Assembly: GCA_045121195.1 (NCBI GenBank)
Contig: JBGVFO010000152.1
Location: 1-45,329 of the forward strand
Source: Eubacteriales bacterium
GTDB taxonomy: Bacteria > Bacillota > Clostridia > Oscillospirales > CAG-272
DNA length: 45,329 nt
Reading direction: 5' to 3'
The first letter of the stretch is position 1. Every line of letters begins with the position of its first letter. The position numbers were made by a program, and so were the translations under genes. Positions 33,687 to 43,182 of this stretch are shown piece by piece. Below the pieces are notes generated by a model. It was not told the origin of the DNA, searched no databases, and saw nothing but the letters and a program-made list of their open reading frames with translations.

Positions 33687-34757
33687 ATGAGAAAATCCAG
33701 AAACTTAGCGGCACAGCTCCTTGATGAGATCCAAACGGGGAAGCACGGTGCTTCCGGCAGCGTGTTTCCTACGGTCCGCGAGGTGGCGGAGCACTACGCC
33801 GTTTCTTACGTGACGGCGCAAAAAGCATTGCAGGGGCTTCGCAGTGAGGGCTGGCTGTATCCCCTCGGCAATCATAGTTATCTTGCTACGGGAGCCATAC
33901 GAAAGCATACGCCGCTGGCAAGAGAGCTGGAACGGATACAAACGGAACGTCGGCGCTTTGGACTTCATATCAGGCGAATCGATAACCTGTTTTTTACCTC
34001 TATAGCGGCGCAGCTGATAACCGTTCTTGAGAAATACGGATGGCAGCTGATCATTATGTCCTCCGGCGGTGATCCGATCACGGAGCGACGCATTCTCAAC
34101 GAGTTTACGTCGCTGGGGGCATCCGGCGTTTTCACCTGCCCCGGCAAGGAAAACGTATATCGGAACTGTGTTTTGCCCGTGGTGTATCTTGGACGAAGCC
34201 TCATCGGCGGCAACGCGGTTCTCGTCAACAACAAAAGCGCGGGCTTGAAGATGGCGACCCATCTTTTGGAGCAGGGGTATCAGCACTTTCTCTACGTGGG
34301 CTCCTCCGCTTTGCCCGCAGAACAGGATTATCGCTTGATCGGATTTCGCGAGGGTCTTGCGGATAACGGGATCATACTGACACCGGAGGATGTTTTTTTT
34401 CTCGATTCGTCCGCTTCCTCCAAGGATGAGCATCTGCATTTTATCAGCCGAAGGATCAAGTCCCTTGACGGACCCGTCGGCGTTTTCTGCTATCACGATC
34501 TTCTGGCGTTCGACGTTTTGGATCTTTGCCGACGGAGCGGGATCGACGTACCGAAGGAGGTGGGGATCGCCGGCTTTGACGATCTTCAGATGCCCGGCTA
34601 TATGGGAAATCAGATGACCACGGTTTCCTACCGATATGAAAGAATGGCGGAGCAGGCGGTAGAGCTCATGCTGACGTTGCTCTCGGAGCCGGAGCTGCAC
34701 AAGGATATCTATGTGAATCAGGTTCTGACGGTTCGGAAGAGCACGATGCTTCGGTAA
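33687..34757 (+). CDS. Hybrid transcriptional regulator: GntR-type winged-helix N-terminus plus LacI/PBP1-type sugar-binding domain
   Basis: 356 aa. FPTVREVAEHYAVSYVTAQKALQGLRSEGWL is a GntR-type HTH. The C-terminal two-thirds has LacI-like periplasmic-binding-fold blocks (GIAGFDD, VGVFCYHDLLA). Confidence 0.8.
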   Translation: MRKSRNLAAQLLDEIQTGKHGASGSVFPTVREVAEHYAVSYVTAQKALQGLRSEGWLYPLGNHSYLATGAIRKHTPLARELERIQTERRRFGLHIRRIDNLFFTSIAAQLITVLEKYGWQLIIMSSGGDPITERRILNEFTSLGASGVFTCPGKENVYRNCVLPVVYLGRSLIGGNAVLVNNKSAGLKMATHLLEQGYQHFLYVGSSALPAEQDYRLIGFREGLADNGIILTPEDVFFLDSSASSKDEHLHFISRRIKSLDGPVGVFCYHDLLAFDVLDLCRRSGIDVPKEVGIAGFDDLQMPGYMGNQMTTVSYRYERMAEQAVELMLTLLSEPELHKDIYVNQVLTVRKSTMLR

Positions 34758-34783
34758 AAGCTTGAAAAATATTTGAAAAGCAC

Positions 34784-34812
34784 TTGACAAAATCTGCGGT
34801 GGGGTATATAAT
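34784..34812 (+). promoter_or_regulatory. Consensus sigma-A promoter of the trpB leader
   Basis: TTGACA (34784-34789), a 17-nt spacer, then TATAAT (34807-34812). Confidence 0.75.
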
Positions 34813-34818
34813 ACTAAC

Positions 34819-35072
34819 ATCAGTAAAACCTGTGATTAAGAGTAGTACTCATCACGATGCTTCCAAGAGAGCCGCTGTTGGTGTGAATGCGGTATCCGAG
34901 TGATGACGAATGGACTTATGAGGGCGGACGAAAGCGTGGCAAGTAGTAACCGACGGAGGCGCACCGTTATCGGCGCAGTGCATTTTTGTGCATGCAAAGT
35001 GGACGCATAGCGTCAATTTGGGTGGTACCGCAGGAATTTCATCCTGTCCCATACGTGGGACGGGATTTTTTG
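34819..35072 (+). promoter_or_regulatory. T-box riboswitch leader, Trp specifier (UGG)
   Basis: An AGAGAG box at 34866-34871. The specifier context GACGAA-TGG-A places the codon at 34911-34913. The T-box sequence is CAATTTGGGTGGTACCGCAGG at 35014-35034. The terminator stem is TCCTGTCCCA / TGGGACGGGA followed by TTTTTT at 35042-35071. Confidence 0.85.
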
Positions 35073-35166
35073 TTTACATGGAGGAAAAGCGATGTTATAT
35101 AAACGATGGCGAGGCTGCCTTTCTCTTTGACAGCGAACGAAAACATATATTACGGAGGAACCGATT

Positions 35167-36384
35167 ATGAACTTTAACGGAATTGATTTTGAAACATATT
35201 TTAAGCATTATCCCGACGCAAACGGCTTTTTTGGGAAATATGGCGGCGCCTATATTTCTCCCGAGCTGAAAAAGGCGATGGAGGAGATCACCGAGGCGTA
35301 TTTTACCATCTGCAAGTCCCGTAAATTTATTGCCGAGCTTCGCCGCATCCGCAAGGAATTTCAAGGCAGACCTACGCCCATTTCCCATCTGGAGCGCCTT
35401 TCCAACAGCCTTGGCGACGTTCAGCTTTACGTCAAGCGTGAGGATCTGAACCATTCGGGCGCGCACAAGCTGAACCACTGTATGGGTGAAGCATTGCTCG
35501 CAAAATATATGGGCAAGAAAAAGGTGATCGCGGAAACGGGAGCGGGTCAGCACGGCGTGGCACTTGCTACCGCGGCGGCGTATTTCGGTCTTGAGTGCGA
35601 TATTTATATGGGCTCCGTGGATATTAAGAAGCAGGCGCCCAACGTGGCGAGAATGAAGATCCTCGGCGCAAACGTGGTGGAGGTGACCCACGGTCTTGCT
35701 ACCCTCAAGGAGGCGGTAGACGCCGCGTTTGACGCCTATGCCAAGGAATATAAGGACGCGATCTATTGCATCGGTTCGGTTCTCGGTCCGCATCCGTTCC
35801 CCATGATGGTGCGCGATTTCCAGAGCGTTGTCGGCATTGAGGCAAGAGAGCAGTTTATCGGTATGACGGGTGAGCTTCCCGACGCCATCGTTGCTTGCGT
35901 GGGTGGCGGATCCAACGCTATGGGTCTGTTCTCGGGCTTTCTCAACGATCCCGTGGATATTTACGGCATTGAGCCTCTCGGTAAGGGTCCCGCCCTCGGC
36001 GACCACGCCGCGAGTTTGCAGTTCGGAACCGAAGGCATTATGCACGGCTTTAACAGCATTATGCTGAAGGATGAAAACGGTGATCCCGCTCCCGTTTACT
36101 CGGTCGCAAGCGGTCTGGACTATCCCTCCTCGGGTCCCGAGCACGCCTTCCTGCACGACCTTGGTCGCGTGAAGTATGACGTGATCTCGGACGACGAGAC
36201 CATCGACGCCTTCTTTGCGCTTTCCCGTCTTGAGGGCATTATTCCCGCTATCGAAAGCGCGCACGCCGTCGCGTACGGTATGAAGCTGGCGAAGACCATG
36301 GGGAAGGGATCGGTGCTCATCAACCTTTCCGGCCGTGGCGATAAAGATATGGATTATATCATCGAAAAATACGGGATTCGCTGA
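35167..36384 (+). CDS. trpB: Tryptophan synthase beta chain (stand-alone)
   Basis: 405 aa. It has the PLP-lysine motif [13 protein letters not shown], then [10 protein letters not shown], and GGGSNAMG. There is no trpA or other trp gene in the window. Confidence 0.92.
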   Translation: MNFNGIDFETYFKHYPDANGFFGKYGGAYISPELKKAMEEITEAYFTICKSRKFIAELRRIRKEFQGRPTPISHLERLSNSLGDVQLYVKREDLNHSGAHKLNHCMGEALLAKYMGKKKVIAETGAGQHGVALATAAAYFGLECDIYMGSVDIKKQAPNVARMKILGANVVEVTHGLATLKEAVDAAFDAYAKEYKDAIYCIGSVLGPHPFPMMVRDFQSVVGIEAREQFIGMTGELPDAIVACVGGGSNAMGLFSGFLNDPVDIYGIEPLGKGPALGDHAASLQFGTEGIMHGFNSIMLKDENGDPAPVYSVASGLDYPSSGPEHAFLHDLGRVKYDVISDDETIDAFFALSRLEGIIPAIESAHAVAYGMKLAKTMGKGSVLINLSGRGDKDMDYIIEKYGIR

Positions 36385-36409
36385 TTCCTTTGGGAAAAGG
36401 CAGATACAG

Positions 36410-36442
36410 AAAGGCGCGCGGCGAAAACCGCGCGCCTTTTTT
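36410..36442 (+). terminator. Rho-independent terminator of trpB
   Basis: A 12-bp stem, AAAGGCGCGCGG / CCGCGCGCCTTT, followed by TTT. Confidence 0.85.
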
Positions 36443-36486
36443 ACTACCCAAAATTGCATATTTGTGTAAGAAAACACAAAAAACGA

Positions 36487-36515
36487 TTGACAAAACAGAA
36501 AAAATATTATACAAT
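36487..36515 (+). promoter_or_regulatory. sigma-A-type promoter upstream of the lipoprotein gene
   Basis: TTGACA (36487-36492), a 17-nt spacer, then TACAAT (36510-36515). Confidence 0.6.
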
Positions 36516-36558
36516 AATATCGTCGAAAGACAAATTCATAGAAGAGGAGACTTTTACG

Positions 36559-37005
36559 ATGAAAACATTTACGAGAATTACTGCAGTTGTGATCCTTGCT
36601 GTAATGGTCCTTTCTCTGGTAGCTTGCTCCAGCTTCGGCGGAATCAAGGCAAACTTTGAGAAGAACGGTTACACCTACGTAGAGGATGCTGATTCCGAGA
36701 ACACGACCAAGACCATCACCGCAGAGCTTGAGGAGGGCAACATTTCTTGCACCGCTCATCTGTTCAAGATCAAGATCGGTGAAGTTCCGATCATTGGTAC
36801 GGAAATCTGCGAGTATGCTCTTGTTCTCGAGTTCGGTTCCGATAAGGACATGCAGGAAGCAATGGCTGAGAGCGAGACCATTAAGGGCATTATCAAGGAT
36901 GCTCAGGATTCCGAGTATGTAAACGGAAACTGCCTTCTTGTTCCCATTGGTCTTACCAAGTTTGAAGAGATGGTAAAGATCTTCAACGGCGAAAAGCTCG
37001 ACTGA
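36559..37005 (+). CDS. Hypothetical lipoprotein (148 aa)
   Basis: From ORF 36454..37005, with the start at ATG 36559 (GAGGAG RBS at 36544-36549). The signal peptide and lipobox read MKTFTRITAVVILAVMVLSLVAC. Confidence 0.7.
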   Translation: MKTFTRITAVVILAVMVLSLVACSSFGGIKANFEKNGYTYVEDADSENTTKTITAELEEGNISCTAHLFKIKIGEVPIIGTEICEYALVLEFGSDKDMQEAMAESETIKGIIKDAQDSEYVNGNCLLVPIGLTKFEEMVKIFNGEKLD

Positions 37006-37020
37006 TTTCACACATTCATA

Positions 37021-37051
37021 AAAACGGCTTCGGTTTTACCGAAGCCGTTTT
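37021..37051. terminator. Bidirectional hairpin terminator between convergent genes
   Basis: A 13-bp stem, AAAACGGCTTCGG / CCGAAGCCGTTTT, that is T-rich on both strands. Confidence 0.8.
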
Positions 37052-37053
37052 CT

Positions 37054-37458
37054 TTATATTTGGCGGAAGAATTCGATCTGCTCGCCGTCGGGACCCTTGA
37101 CAAAGGCAATGTTGATGCTGATCTTCTCGGGCTTGGAATCCAGGGGAACAACCTTGGGGGGCGTCAGCGGCGTAGCTCCTGCCGCAAGCGCCGTCGCGTA
37201 TGCCTGCTCCACGTCCTCAACGCACATGGCGAAATGCACCCACTTGCCACACTCGGCAAACTCGTCGCCGCCGTTGGCGAAGAGCTCGATACGACCGCCG
37301 TCGCCGATGTCGTACATAATGATCTCGCGCTCTCCTTCGCCCCAGCGGACGATCTCGCGGAGTCCCAACGCCTCGTAGAATTTTTGAGATCTTTTAAAAT
37401 CGGAAGCCTTGAGTCCAATGTGATGGAAGCCAAGCCCCTTCAAAACAGAGTTTGCCAT
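37054..37458 (-). CDS. VOC-family (glyoxalase/bleomycin-resistance/dioxygenase fold) protein
   Basis: 134 aa. It begins with the GFHHIGLKASDFKRSQKFYEALGL beta-alpha-beta-beta-beta module and has a second module with HFAMCVEDVEQAY. Confidence 0.85.
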   Translation of the reverse strand: MANSVLKGLGFHHIGLKASDFKRSQKFYEALGLREIVRWGEGEREIIMYDIGDGGRIELFANGGDEFAECGKWVHFAMCVEDVEQAYATALAAGATPLTPPKVVPLDSKPEKISINIAFVKGPDGEQIEFFRQI

Positions 37459-37708
37459 AATTGCGCCTTCTTTCCCACGGGACGGAATATTTACTGAAAA
37501 AACGGATAGAATGAACAGTAAACAACCTCGTAACCGTGTATATTCTCGGATTTATCATAGCATAAGGCGCGCGACTTGTCAAGGGGAGGGATTCCCTTTT
37601 TGCTTCACAAAAAGGAAACACAATATTCAAAGATTTGCGCTTGAATGGGCGGGAAATTATGACTACAATGGCAGTAGATCGCAAAGGGCGACCGCGGAGG
37701 TGATCCTG

Positions 37709-38587
37709 ATGAAAAAGAAAAAAAACTCTATGATTCCCAATATGGATGAAATGAAGAGTCACGTGAGATCTAAGGGAAGGGTCATAAGAGCCTTATATAT
37801 TTTTTTGAGCATCTTGGTGCTCTTTACCCTGGTGCGTTCCTGCGTCAGACGAGAATACTTCAACGTTATGGTTTGCCTTCTGACGTTGGCGCTCTTCATG
37901 CTTCCCGCCATTGTCGAGAAGAATTTCAAGCTGCGCTTGCCCCGTTTCTTTGAGGGAGTCGTCTTGGTCTTCATCTTTTCGGCGGAGATCCTGGGAGAGA
38001 TCAACAGCTATTATCAGCGGATCCCTCATTGGGATACGGTGCTTCATACCGTCAACGGATTTATGTTCGCGGCGTTTGGCTTTGCGCTTCTGGATATGAT
38101 CAACCGCGACGGGAATATCAAATTCAAGCTTTCCCCCTTTTATCTGGCGCTTGTGGCGTTTTGCTTCTCTATGACCGTAGGCGTCGTCTGGGAATTTTAC
38201 GAGTTTGGCGCGGATATGATCTTCCATACCGATATGCAAAAGGATACCTACGTCGCCGATCTTTATACGGTTTCTTTGGACGCCGCAAAGACCAACACCG
38301 TCATTCCCGTGGAGAATATTCGCGAGGTGGTGCTTCGGGGTGAGGATGGCACCGAAACCGTGCTTCCTGCCTATCTGGATATTGGTCTTATCGATACGAT
38401 GAAGGATCTGATGGTGAATTTTATCGGTGCCTTCGTGTTCAGTATCATCGGATTTTTCTTCGTAAAGGAGAAGGGAGAGGGGAAGTTCGCCAAGCAGTTT
38501 ATTCCCCAGCTTCAGGAGAGCGAAAAGACAGCAGAGGAGGGGAACCTTACCGTGTCGCCCTCGCAAGAGCTTGTGAGAAAAGACTGA
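37709..38587 (+). CDS. Polytopic integral membrane protein, family not recognised
   Basis: From ORF 37511..38587, with the start placed at ATG 37709 (GGAGGTGA RBS at 37696-37703). It has at least five hydrophobic spans and a conserved-looking IPHWDTVLHTVNGF segment. Confidence 0.65.
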   Translation: MKKKKNSMIPNMDEMKSHVRSKGRVIRALYIFLSILVLFTLVRSCVRREYFNVMVCLLTLALFMLPAIVEKNFKLRLPRFFEGVVLVFIFSAEILGEINSYYQRIPHWDTVLHTVNGFMFAAFGFALLDMINRDGNIKFKLSPFYLALVAFCFSMTVGVVWEFYEFGADMIFHTDMQKDTYVADLYTVSLDAAKTNTVIPVENIREVVLRGEDGTETVLPAYLDIGLIDTMKDLMVNFIGAFVFSIIGFFFVKEKGEGKFAKQFIPQLQESEKTAEEGNLTVSPSQELVRKD

Positions 38588-38694
38588 AAATGGAAATAAT
38601 AAGAGGAAAACGGCAAGAAATCTTGCCGTTTTTTTGTAAAATTGCGGTATTTTCAACAAAAAGAAAAAAATATAAAATTTTTTTCAAAAAGGGG

Positions 38695-38723
38695 TTGATT
38701 TTTTGTTTTTGGTGTGATATAAT
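38695..38723 (+). promoter_or_regulatory. sigma-A-type promoter of the tRNA-Ser/tRNA-Thr pair
   Basis: TTGATT (38695-38700), a 17-nt spacer, then TATAAT (38718-38723). Confidence 0.65.
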
Positions 38724-38740
38724 GACAAAGTCGCAAGCAC

Positions 38741-38832
38741 GGAGAGATGGCTGAGCTGGTCTAAGGCGCACGACTGGAAATCGTGTTAAGGCTAATACCC
38801 TTACGAGGGTTCGAATCCCTCTCTCTCCGCCA
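38741..38832 (+). tRNA. tRNA-Ser (anticodon GGA), class II with long variable arm, CCA encoded
   Basis: Acceptor stem is GGAGAGA/TCTCTCC, anticodon stem CACGA/TCGTG with loop CTGGAAA, a variable-arm stem AAGG/CCTT, and T-arm GAGGG-TTCGAAT-CCCTC. Confidence 0.93.
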
Positions 38833-38839
38833 CTGTTAT

Positions 38840-38915
38840 GCTGGTATGGCTCAGTCGGTAGAGCACGTCATTGGTAATGACGAGGTCATCGGTTCGATTC
38901 CGATTACCAGCTCCA
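38840..38915 (+). tRNA. tRNA-Thr (anticodon GGT), CCA encoded
   Basis: Acceptor stem is GCTGGTA/TACCAGC, anticodon stem CGTCA/TGACG with loop TTGGTAA, and T-arm ATCGG-TTCGATT-CCGAT. Confidence 0.93.
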
Positions 38916-38916
38916 A

Positions 38917-38946
38917 ACCCGAACACAATGTGTTCGGGTTTTTTCT
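38917..38946 (+). terminator. Rho-independent terminator of the tRNA pair
   Basis: Stem AACCCGAACAC / GTGTTCGGGTT followed by a T-run. Confidence 0.85.
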
Positions 38947-38950
38947 TTGT

Positions 38951-38980
38951 AAAAAAGCCACCGTGATCGGTGGCTTTTTT
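38951..38980. terminator. Hairpin terminator, mainly serving the minus-strand membrane gene
   Basis: AAAAAAGCCACCG-TGAT-CGGTGGCTTTTTT. It abuts the stop codon at 38979-38981 of the minus-strand CDS. Confidence 0.8.
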
Positions 38981-40376
38981 ATTGGTTCGTCGATGGTATG
39001 TTCCGTTGCTCTTTTTTTAGCTTGTCTTCAAGGAGAACAAAAAGAAGAACCGAGATCACGGCGTAGGGGATGGGCGCAAACTCGCCCACGTCGGTCTGAG
39101 AATATAAGAACAGTCCCAAATACATAAGACCGAGCGCCGAGCTTTGTGAGGAGGGCTTGTACAAAATGAGCTTGGCACGGAGAAAAAGCTGATACAGATA
39201 GGTTCCAACGCCAAGCAAGCCCATACTCCCCCAAAGCTGGGGAAAATACATATGATACCAGCTGATACAGCCGGGGGCGGCGTAGAGATCGGAATTTTTG
39301 GTAGAGGATATGCCAATGCCGAACAGGGGATGTGCCAGAAAATCCTGCACGGAGCGAAGGATCAGTTTTACGCGAGGCTCGTCGGGGTTGATAAATCCGC
39401 GGGACAACCGACGGTTGATGATGGTTATAAGTGGCATGCGGAAATAATAAAGCAGAGCCGCTCCGATTCCGACAAAGAGAAGCAAACAGACGAATTTTCC
39501 GCGGTGCAAGGGATTCCGATACAGATAGTATCCGCAGCAGATCAAGAGAAGCAGGGTTCCGCAGATCCACGCCGTTCTTGCCGCAGATAAGAGAAGCGCC
39601 GCATAGAATGCGAAGCCAAGGAGTAGGAACGCGAATTGGGAGAAAAAATGTTTTGCGTGTTTAGCAAGATAGAAAGTGGCGGGGAAGCACATCACCAAAA
39701 GGGTGGTGATGGTGTTTCGATACGTGAAGTCCTTGAGATATTCGTTTGCGATAAAGCGCTTTTCGGTAAGGATCTCGGTCAGATTGGAAAGAAGCCAATG
39801 CAAAAATTCCGCGAAGATCACACCGGCACAAAGGATGCCGAGAAAGAACATACTCCAAAGAAAGTAATGCATGGGATCGTATTCCCGGCCCTCGCGGCGG
39901 TTAGAGGCGAAAAGGAAGTACAAAAGGATCAAGCCAACGGAAAGTCCGATGATGTGATAGATGGCTGCCATAGAGGTGTAATCTCTTGAGGCGAACGGCG
40001 CGCCGATACCGCTGAGTAATACGGCGATAGAGGTGGCAACCAGCCCGTAGAAGGATTTCCCAATATAAAGGGGGCGCCTGTACCGTATCAGGTGGAACAC
40101 AAGGCCCGCTACCACCGAGAAGGCGACGGGAATATAGGGGATGAATTCGGTGAGGTCAGCAAGATTGGTGGCACCAAGGGTGATCACACAAAATGAGGGG
40201 AGAAACGCGGGGAGAAGATCATCGCAGAAAAAAAGAAGAAGAGCGATGAGCTGAACGTTGAGTATCATAGACGGCAGCAACGCCTTTTTGCCGCCGATAA
40301 GCCCCACCATAGCGATGACAAAGGGGATAAGCAAAAAGGCGGGCGACGTGCAGAACCGTCGGATCTTTTGTATCAT
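38979..40376 (-). CDS. O-antigen ligase/polymerase-like (Wzy_C family) polytopic membrane protein
   Basis: From ORF 38979..40400, with the start at ATG 40376 (GGAGGA RBS). It has at least ten hydrophobic spans and an LLLSAARTAWICG segment resembling the Wzy_C signature loop. Confidence 0.65.
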   Translation of the reverse strand: MIQKIRRFCTSPAFLLIPFVIAMVGLIGGKKALLPSMILNVQLIALLLFFCDDLLPAFLPSFCVITLGATNLADLTEFIPYIPVAFSVVAGLVFHLIRYRRPLYIGKSFYGLVATSIAVLLSGIGAPFASRDYTSMAAIYHIIGLSVGLILLYFLFASNRREGREYDPMHYFLWSMFFLGILCAGVIFAEFLHWLLSNLTEILTEKRFIANEYLKDFTYRNTITTLLVMCFPATFYLAKHAKHFFSQFAFLLLGFAFYAALLLSAARTAWICGTLLLLICCGYYLYRNPLHRGKFVCLLLFVGIGAALLYYFRMPLITIINRRLSRGFINPDEPRVKLILRSVQDFLAHPLFGIGISSTKNSDLYAAPGCISWYHMYFPQLWGSMGLLGVGTYLYQLFLRAKLILYKPSSQSSALGLMYLGLFLYSQTDVGEFAPIPYAVISVLLFVLLEDKLKKEQRNIPSTNQ

Positions 40377-40492
40377 AAAATCCTCCAGACAGGAAAACAA
40401 GTGTCGAAAAACAATAGTATTCTTTTACATTGTACTACCGAAAGGAGGATTTGTCAATAGAAGGGGGGAGCGTCAGGAAATCATTTCTCTTT

Positions 40493-41614
40493 TTACCGAT
40501 TCTTTCCTATCTTTTTGCAATAGAGCATAGTACAGATCAAGAAGACGAGGCAGAGGGGGAGGGTATAAGAGAGTCGTGCGGTCACGGGGATTTCGGCAAA
40601 GCCTTGTGATACGGAGGGCAAGGACAGGGAAAACCGCTTGGCATAGAAAAAGGATGCGGCGGCACAAAGCAGACCCTGGGAAACTTTCGCGAGAAAATAA
40701 GGGCGGAAGGAAATGCCGCGGTCGCCTCCAAGGGACAGAATTTGGCAATGCACCGAAATGCCGGACCAACCGATAGCAAACCCACAGAGGATAGCGCTGA
40801 TGACAGAGGAGTCGAGAGAAGCGGCGGCGCTGACGCCCGAGGAGATCTCAAACAGACAAAACAGGAGGGCTTCCAAGGATCGAGGCACCTCCGCCGTGTA
40901 AAGCGCCGAGGATAGACAGCCGATCACGGCGGTGAAAAATAACACACAGGCGCACACCGATAGGATCGAGGCGGTGGCAGAGGAAATGGCGCGCGTAAAC
41001 ACGGTGACGTCAATGCGCGGAAGCCGAAGATGGCTATGAGGTCGCTCGACAGGCGCTTCTTTGGGAAGGGGAAAAAGGATCCGTATCGCAAGTCCGATCA
41101 CGAGGGCGGAAATCAGAGCGGTAAAAAAGAGAAAGATCCCGAAACGGCGATCGCCGTACATAGATACGCCTACTGCGCCGATTAGGAAGCCCGAGCTCGG
41201 AACGTTGCAAAAAGCCATAACGCGCTCCACCTCTCGCTTGGAGAGGATTCCGCGGTCGTAGAGGGAGATCGCGGTCTTGGCGCCAACGGGGAAGCCGCAT
41301 ACTGCGCCGAGAAGGAGGGCAGAGCCGGCATCGCCCGAAATGCCGAACAGCCGCTCCATAGGACGTCCCGGGAGCCGACCGAGAAGCTGCCCGAAGCCGC
41401 AGTCTACCAATAGCTCGGAGATCACCATAAAAGGGAAAAGGGAGGGAATGACGGTAGAGGCACAAAGGCGAAGCCCCGTTCTCATATAGTTGATGGCGAC
41501 TTCGGAATTTCGCAAAAGCAGACAGAGAAGAAAAACGCCTGCGAGGCAAAGAAGTGCGGTGCTTGCGCGATAAGAATCGTGTGTTCGTGGGGTGGTTTTG
41601 TGGTTAGCGGTCAT
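40493..41614 (-). CDS. ylbJ: Sporulation integral membrane protein YlbJ (nucleoside-recognition-domain family)
   Basis: From ORF 40493..41887, with the start at MTANHKTT (ATG 41614). It has TVIPSLFPFMVISELL and GAVCGFPVGAKT blocks typical of YlbJ. Confidence 0.78.
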   Translation of the reverse strand: MTANHKTTPRTHDSYRASTALLCLAGVFLLCLLLRNSEVAINYMRTGLRLCASTVIPSLFPFMVISELLVDCGFGQLLGRLPGRPMERLFGISGDAGSALLLGAVCGFPVGAKTAISLYDRGILSKREVERVMAFCNVPSSGFLIGAVGVSMYGDRRFGIFLFFTALISALVIGLAIRILFPLPKEAPVERPHSHLRLPRIDVTVFTRAISSATASILSVCACVLFFTAVIGCLSSALYTAEVPRSLEALLFCLFEISSGVSAAASLDSSVISAILCGFAIGWSGISVHCQILSLGGDRGISFRPYFLAKVSQGLLCAAASFFYAKRFSLSLPSVSQGFAEIPVTARLSYTLPLCLVFLICTMLYCKKIGKNR

Positions 41615-41701
41615 TTGCTTGCTCCCTGTGGCATAAAATACGTTGTATGCTAAATAGTACGGCAATCTTGCGGAGGATATGAATCGAAGGGGAGTGAGAG
41701 T

Positions 41702-41989
41702 ATGAAAAAGAAGATGGGCGAAAAACGCCCCTTTTGGGAAGCCGTTGGCACGAAGCTTGAGATTGACGCGGATATGATTCGGGGCGGAAGCCTTGTTGAG
41801 ATTCGAGGAAGAAGCCGCGTGGAGATCGGCGGCGTAAAAAGGATCGGTTCCTATTCCACCGAATGCGTGGTGCTGATTATGAATCAAGGCTCGCTTTCGG
41901 TTTGCGGGGAGCGATTGGAGTGTATCTTTTACAGGCGAGGTGAAGCGGCGGTCGAGGGAAAGATCTCGTCCGTTTGCTTTTCCGAGTAG
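41702..41989 (+). CDS. yqfC: Sporulation protein YqfC (YabP family)
   Basis: 95 aa, with a YabP-like beta-rich pattern (VEIRGRSRVEIGGVKRIGSYS...GSLSVCGERLEC). It lies immediately upstream of yqfD, as in Bacillus and Clostridium. Confidence 0.75.
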   Translation: MKKKMGEKRPFWEAVGTKLEIDADMIRGGSLVEIRGRSRVEIGGVKRIGSYSTECVVLIMNQGSLSVCGERLECIFYRRGEAAVEGKISSVCFSE

Positions 41990-41997
41990 GTGGCGAT

Positions 41998-43167
41998 ATG
42001 ATGGGCCTTCTTTTTGGACGCGTACGCGTCAGCGGTGAGGGGCGATTCACGGCGAAGCTTCTCAATCTTTTGATGACCTATGGGATCTCCTATGAGTCGC
42101 TTTCCCTTCGCGGCGGGCAAATTCAATTTCAGGTATCCGAGAGGGCGTTCAGACGACTGGCGAAGCTTTGCGACGTCGAGGGGATCTGCCTTACGGTGGA
42201 GGAACGAAACGGCTTGCCGCAGATGGTACGTCGTTACGGGAAACGGATAGGACTTCTTGCAGGCATCCTTCTGGCGGCGGTTGTTCTGTTTTGGGGCTCT
42301 CGCGTAGTTTGGGACGTGCGGGTGACGGGGAATGTTGCCCTTGCCGATGAAACGGTTCGGGAGATGCTCTCAGCGTGCGGACTGAAGAGCGGCACCTACC
42401 TGCCAACCCTGGATACCGATCTCGTGGAGAGCAAAATGCTGCTCTCTCACAGAGAGCTTTGCTGGATCTCGGTCAATATTCGGGGGACGACGGCAAACGT
42501 AGAGGTTCTGGAAACCGTTTCGGGCGACAGGGAGACGGAGATGAACGCCAACCTGGTTGCATCGTGCGACGGACAGATCGAGCGCATTGAGGTCTATGAG
42601 GGAAACGTAACCGTCAAGGTGGGGGACGTGGTGCGGGAGGGCGACCTTCTTGCCGGCGGGATCTATGACAAGGGACTGCTCGGCGTCCGCATTACACGGG
42701 CGAAGGGAGAGATCTACGCCCGAACCGTCCACAGCTTTGAAATTGAAATTCCTCTTGAAAGTGAGGAAAAGGTGTACACGGGACGGGAATGGACCGAAAA
42801 ATACGTAAATTTTTTCGGAAAGCGGATAAAAGTTTTCGCAAATACTGGAAATATGGGGGCGGAGTGTGATATAATATATCGTGATAATGGGGTATCCTTG
42901 CCCGATGGCACGGTTCTGCCCATCAGCATACAGAGCGTGGTCTACCGAGAGTATCGGAAGGAGATCTGTACCTACGGCACCGAGGAGGCAATGGAGCGGG
43001 CGTTTTCCGCTCTTTCGGGAGAGCTGGAGGACTTCGTTACAAAAACGGGCGCGGAGCTTTTGTCCAAAACGGTTCGGTGTGAATTAGACGAATCGGCTTT
43101 CCGCATTTACTGTACCGTTATCTGTGTTGAAAATATCGCACTTGTGCAGGAATTTGATATCAATTAA
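41998..43167 (+). CDS. yqfD: Sporulation protein YqfD
   Basis: From ORF 41974..43167, with the start at ATG 41998 (AGGTGG RBS). It has one transmembrane segment (IGLLAGILLAAVVLFWG) followed by VWDVRVTGN, which is typical of YqfD. Confidence 0.8.
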   Translation: MMGLLFGRVRVSGEGRFTAKLLNLLMTYGISYESLSLRGGQIQFQVSERAFRRLAKLCDVEGICLTVEERNGLPQMVRRYGKRIGLLAGILLAAVVLFWGSRVVWDVRVTGNVALADETVREMLSACGLKSGTYLPTLDTDLVESKMLLSHRELCWISVNIRGTTANVEVLETVSGDRETEMNANLVASCDGQIERIEVYEGNVTVKVGDVVREGDLLAGGIYDKGLLGVRITRAKGEIYARTVHSFEIEIPLESEEKVYTGREWTEKYVNFFGKRIKVFANTGNMGAECDIIYRDNGVSLPDGTVLPISIQSVVYREYRKEICTYGTEEAMERAFSALSGELEDFVTKTGAELLSKTVRCELDESAFRIYCTVICVENIALVQEFDIN

Positions 43168-43182
43168 AGAAAAGAGGAAACT

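Noticed and set aside
31709-37011. Long shadow ORFs 31709..33487 (+), 33705..34820 (-) and 35095..37011 (-).
   Set aside because: They lie opposite the GH genes, the regulator, and trpB plus the lipoprotein respectively. The last one even spans a terminator and an intergenic region. None encodes a recognisable domain.
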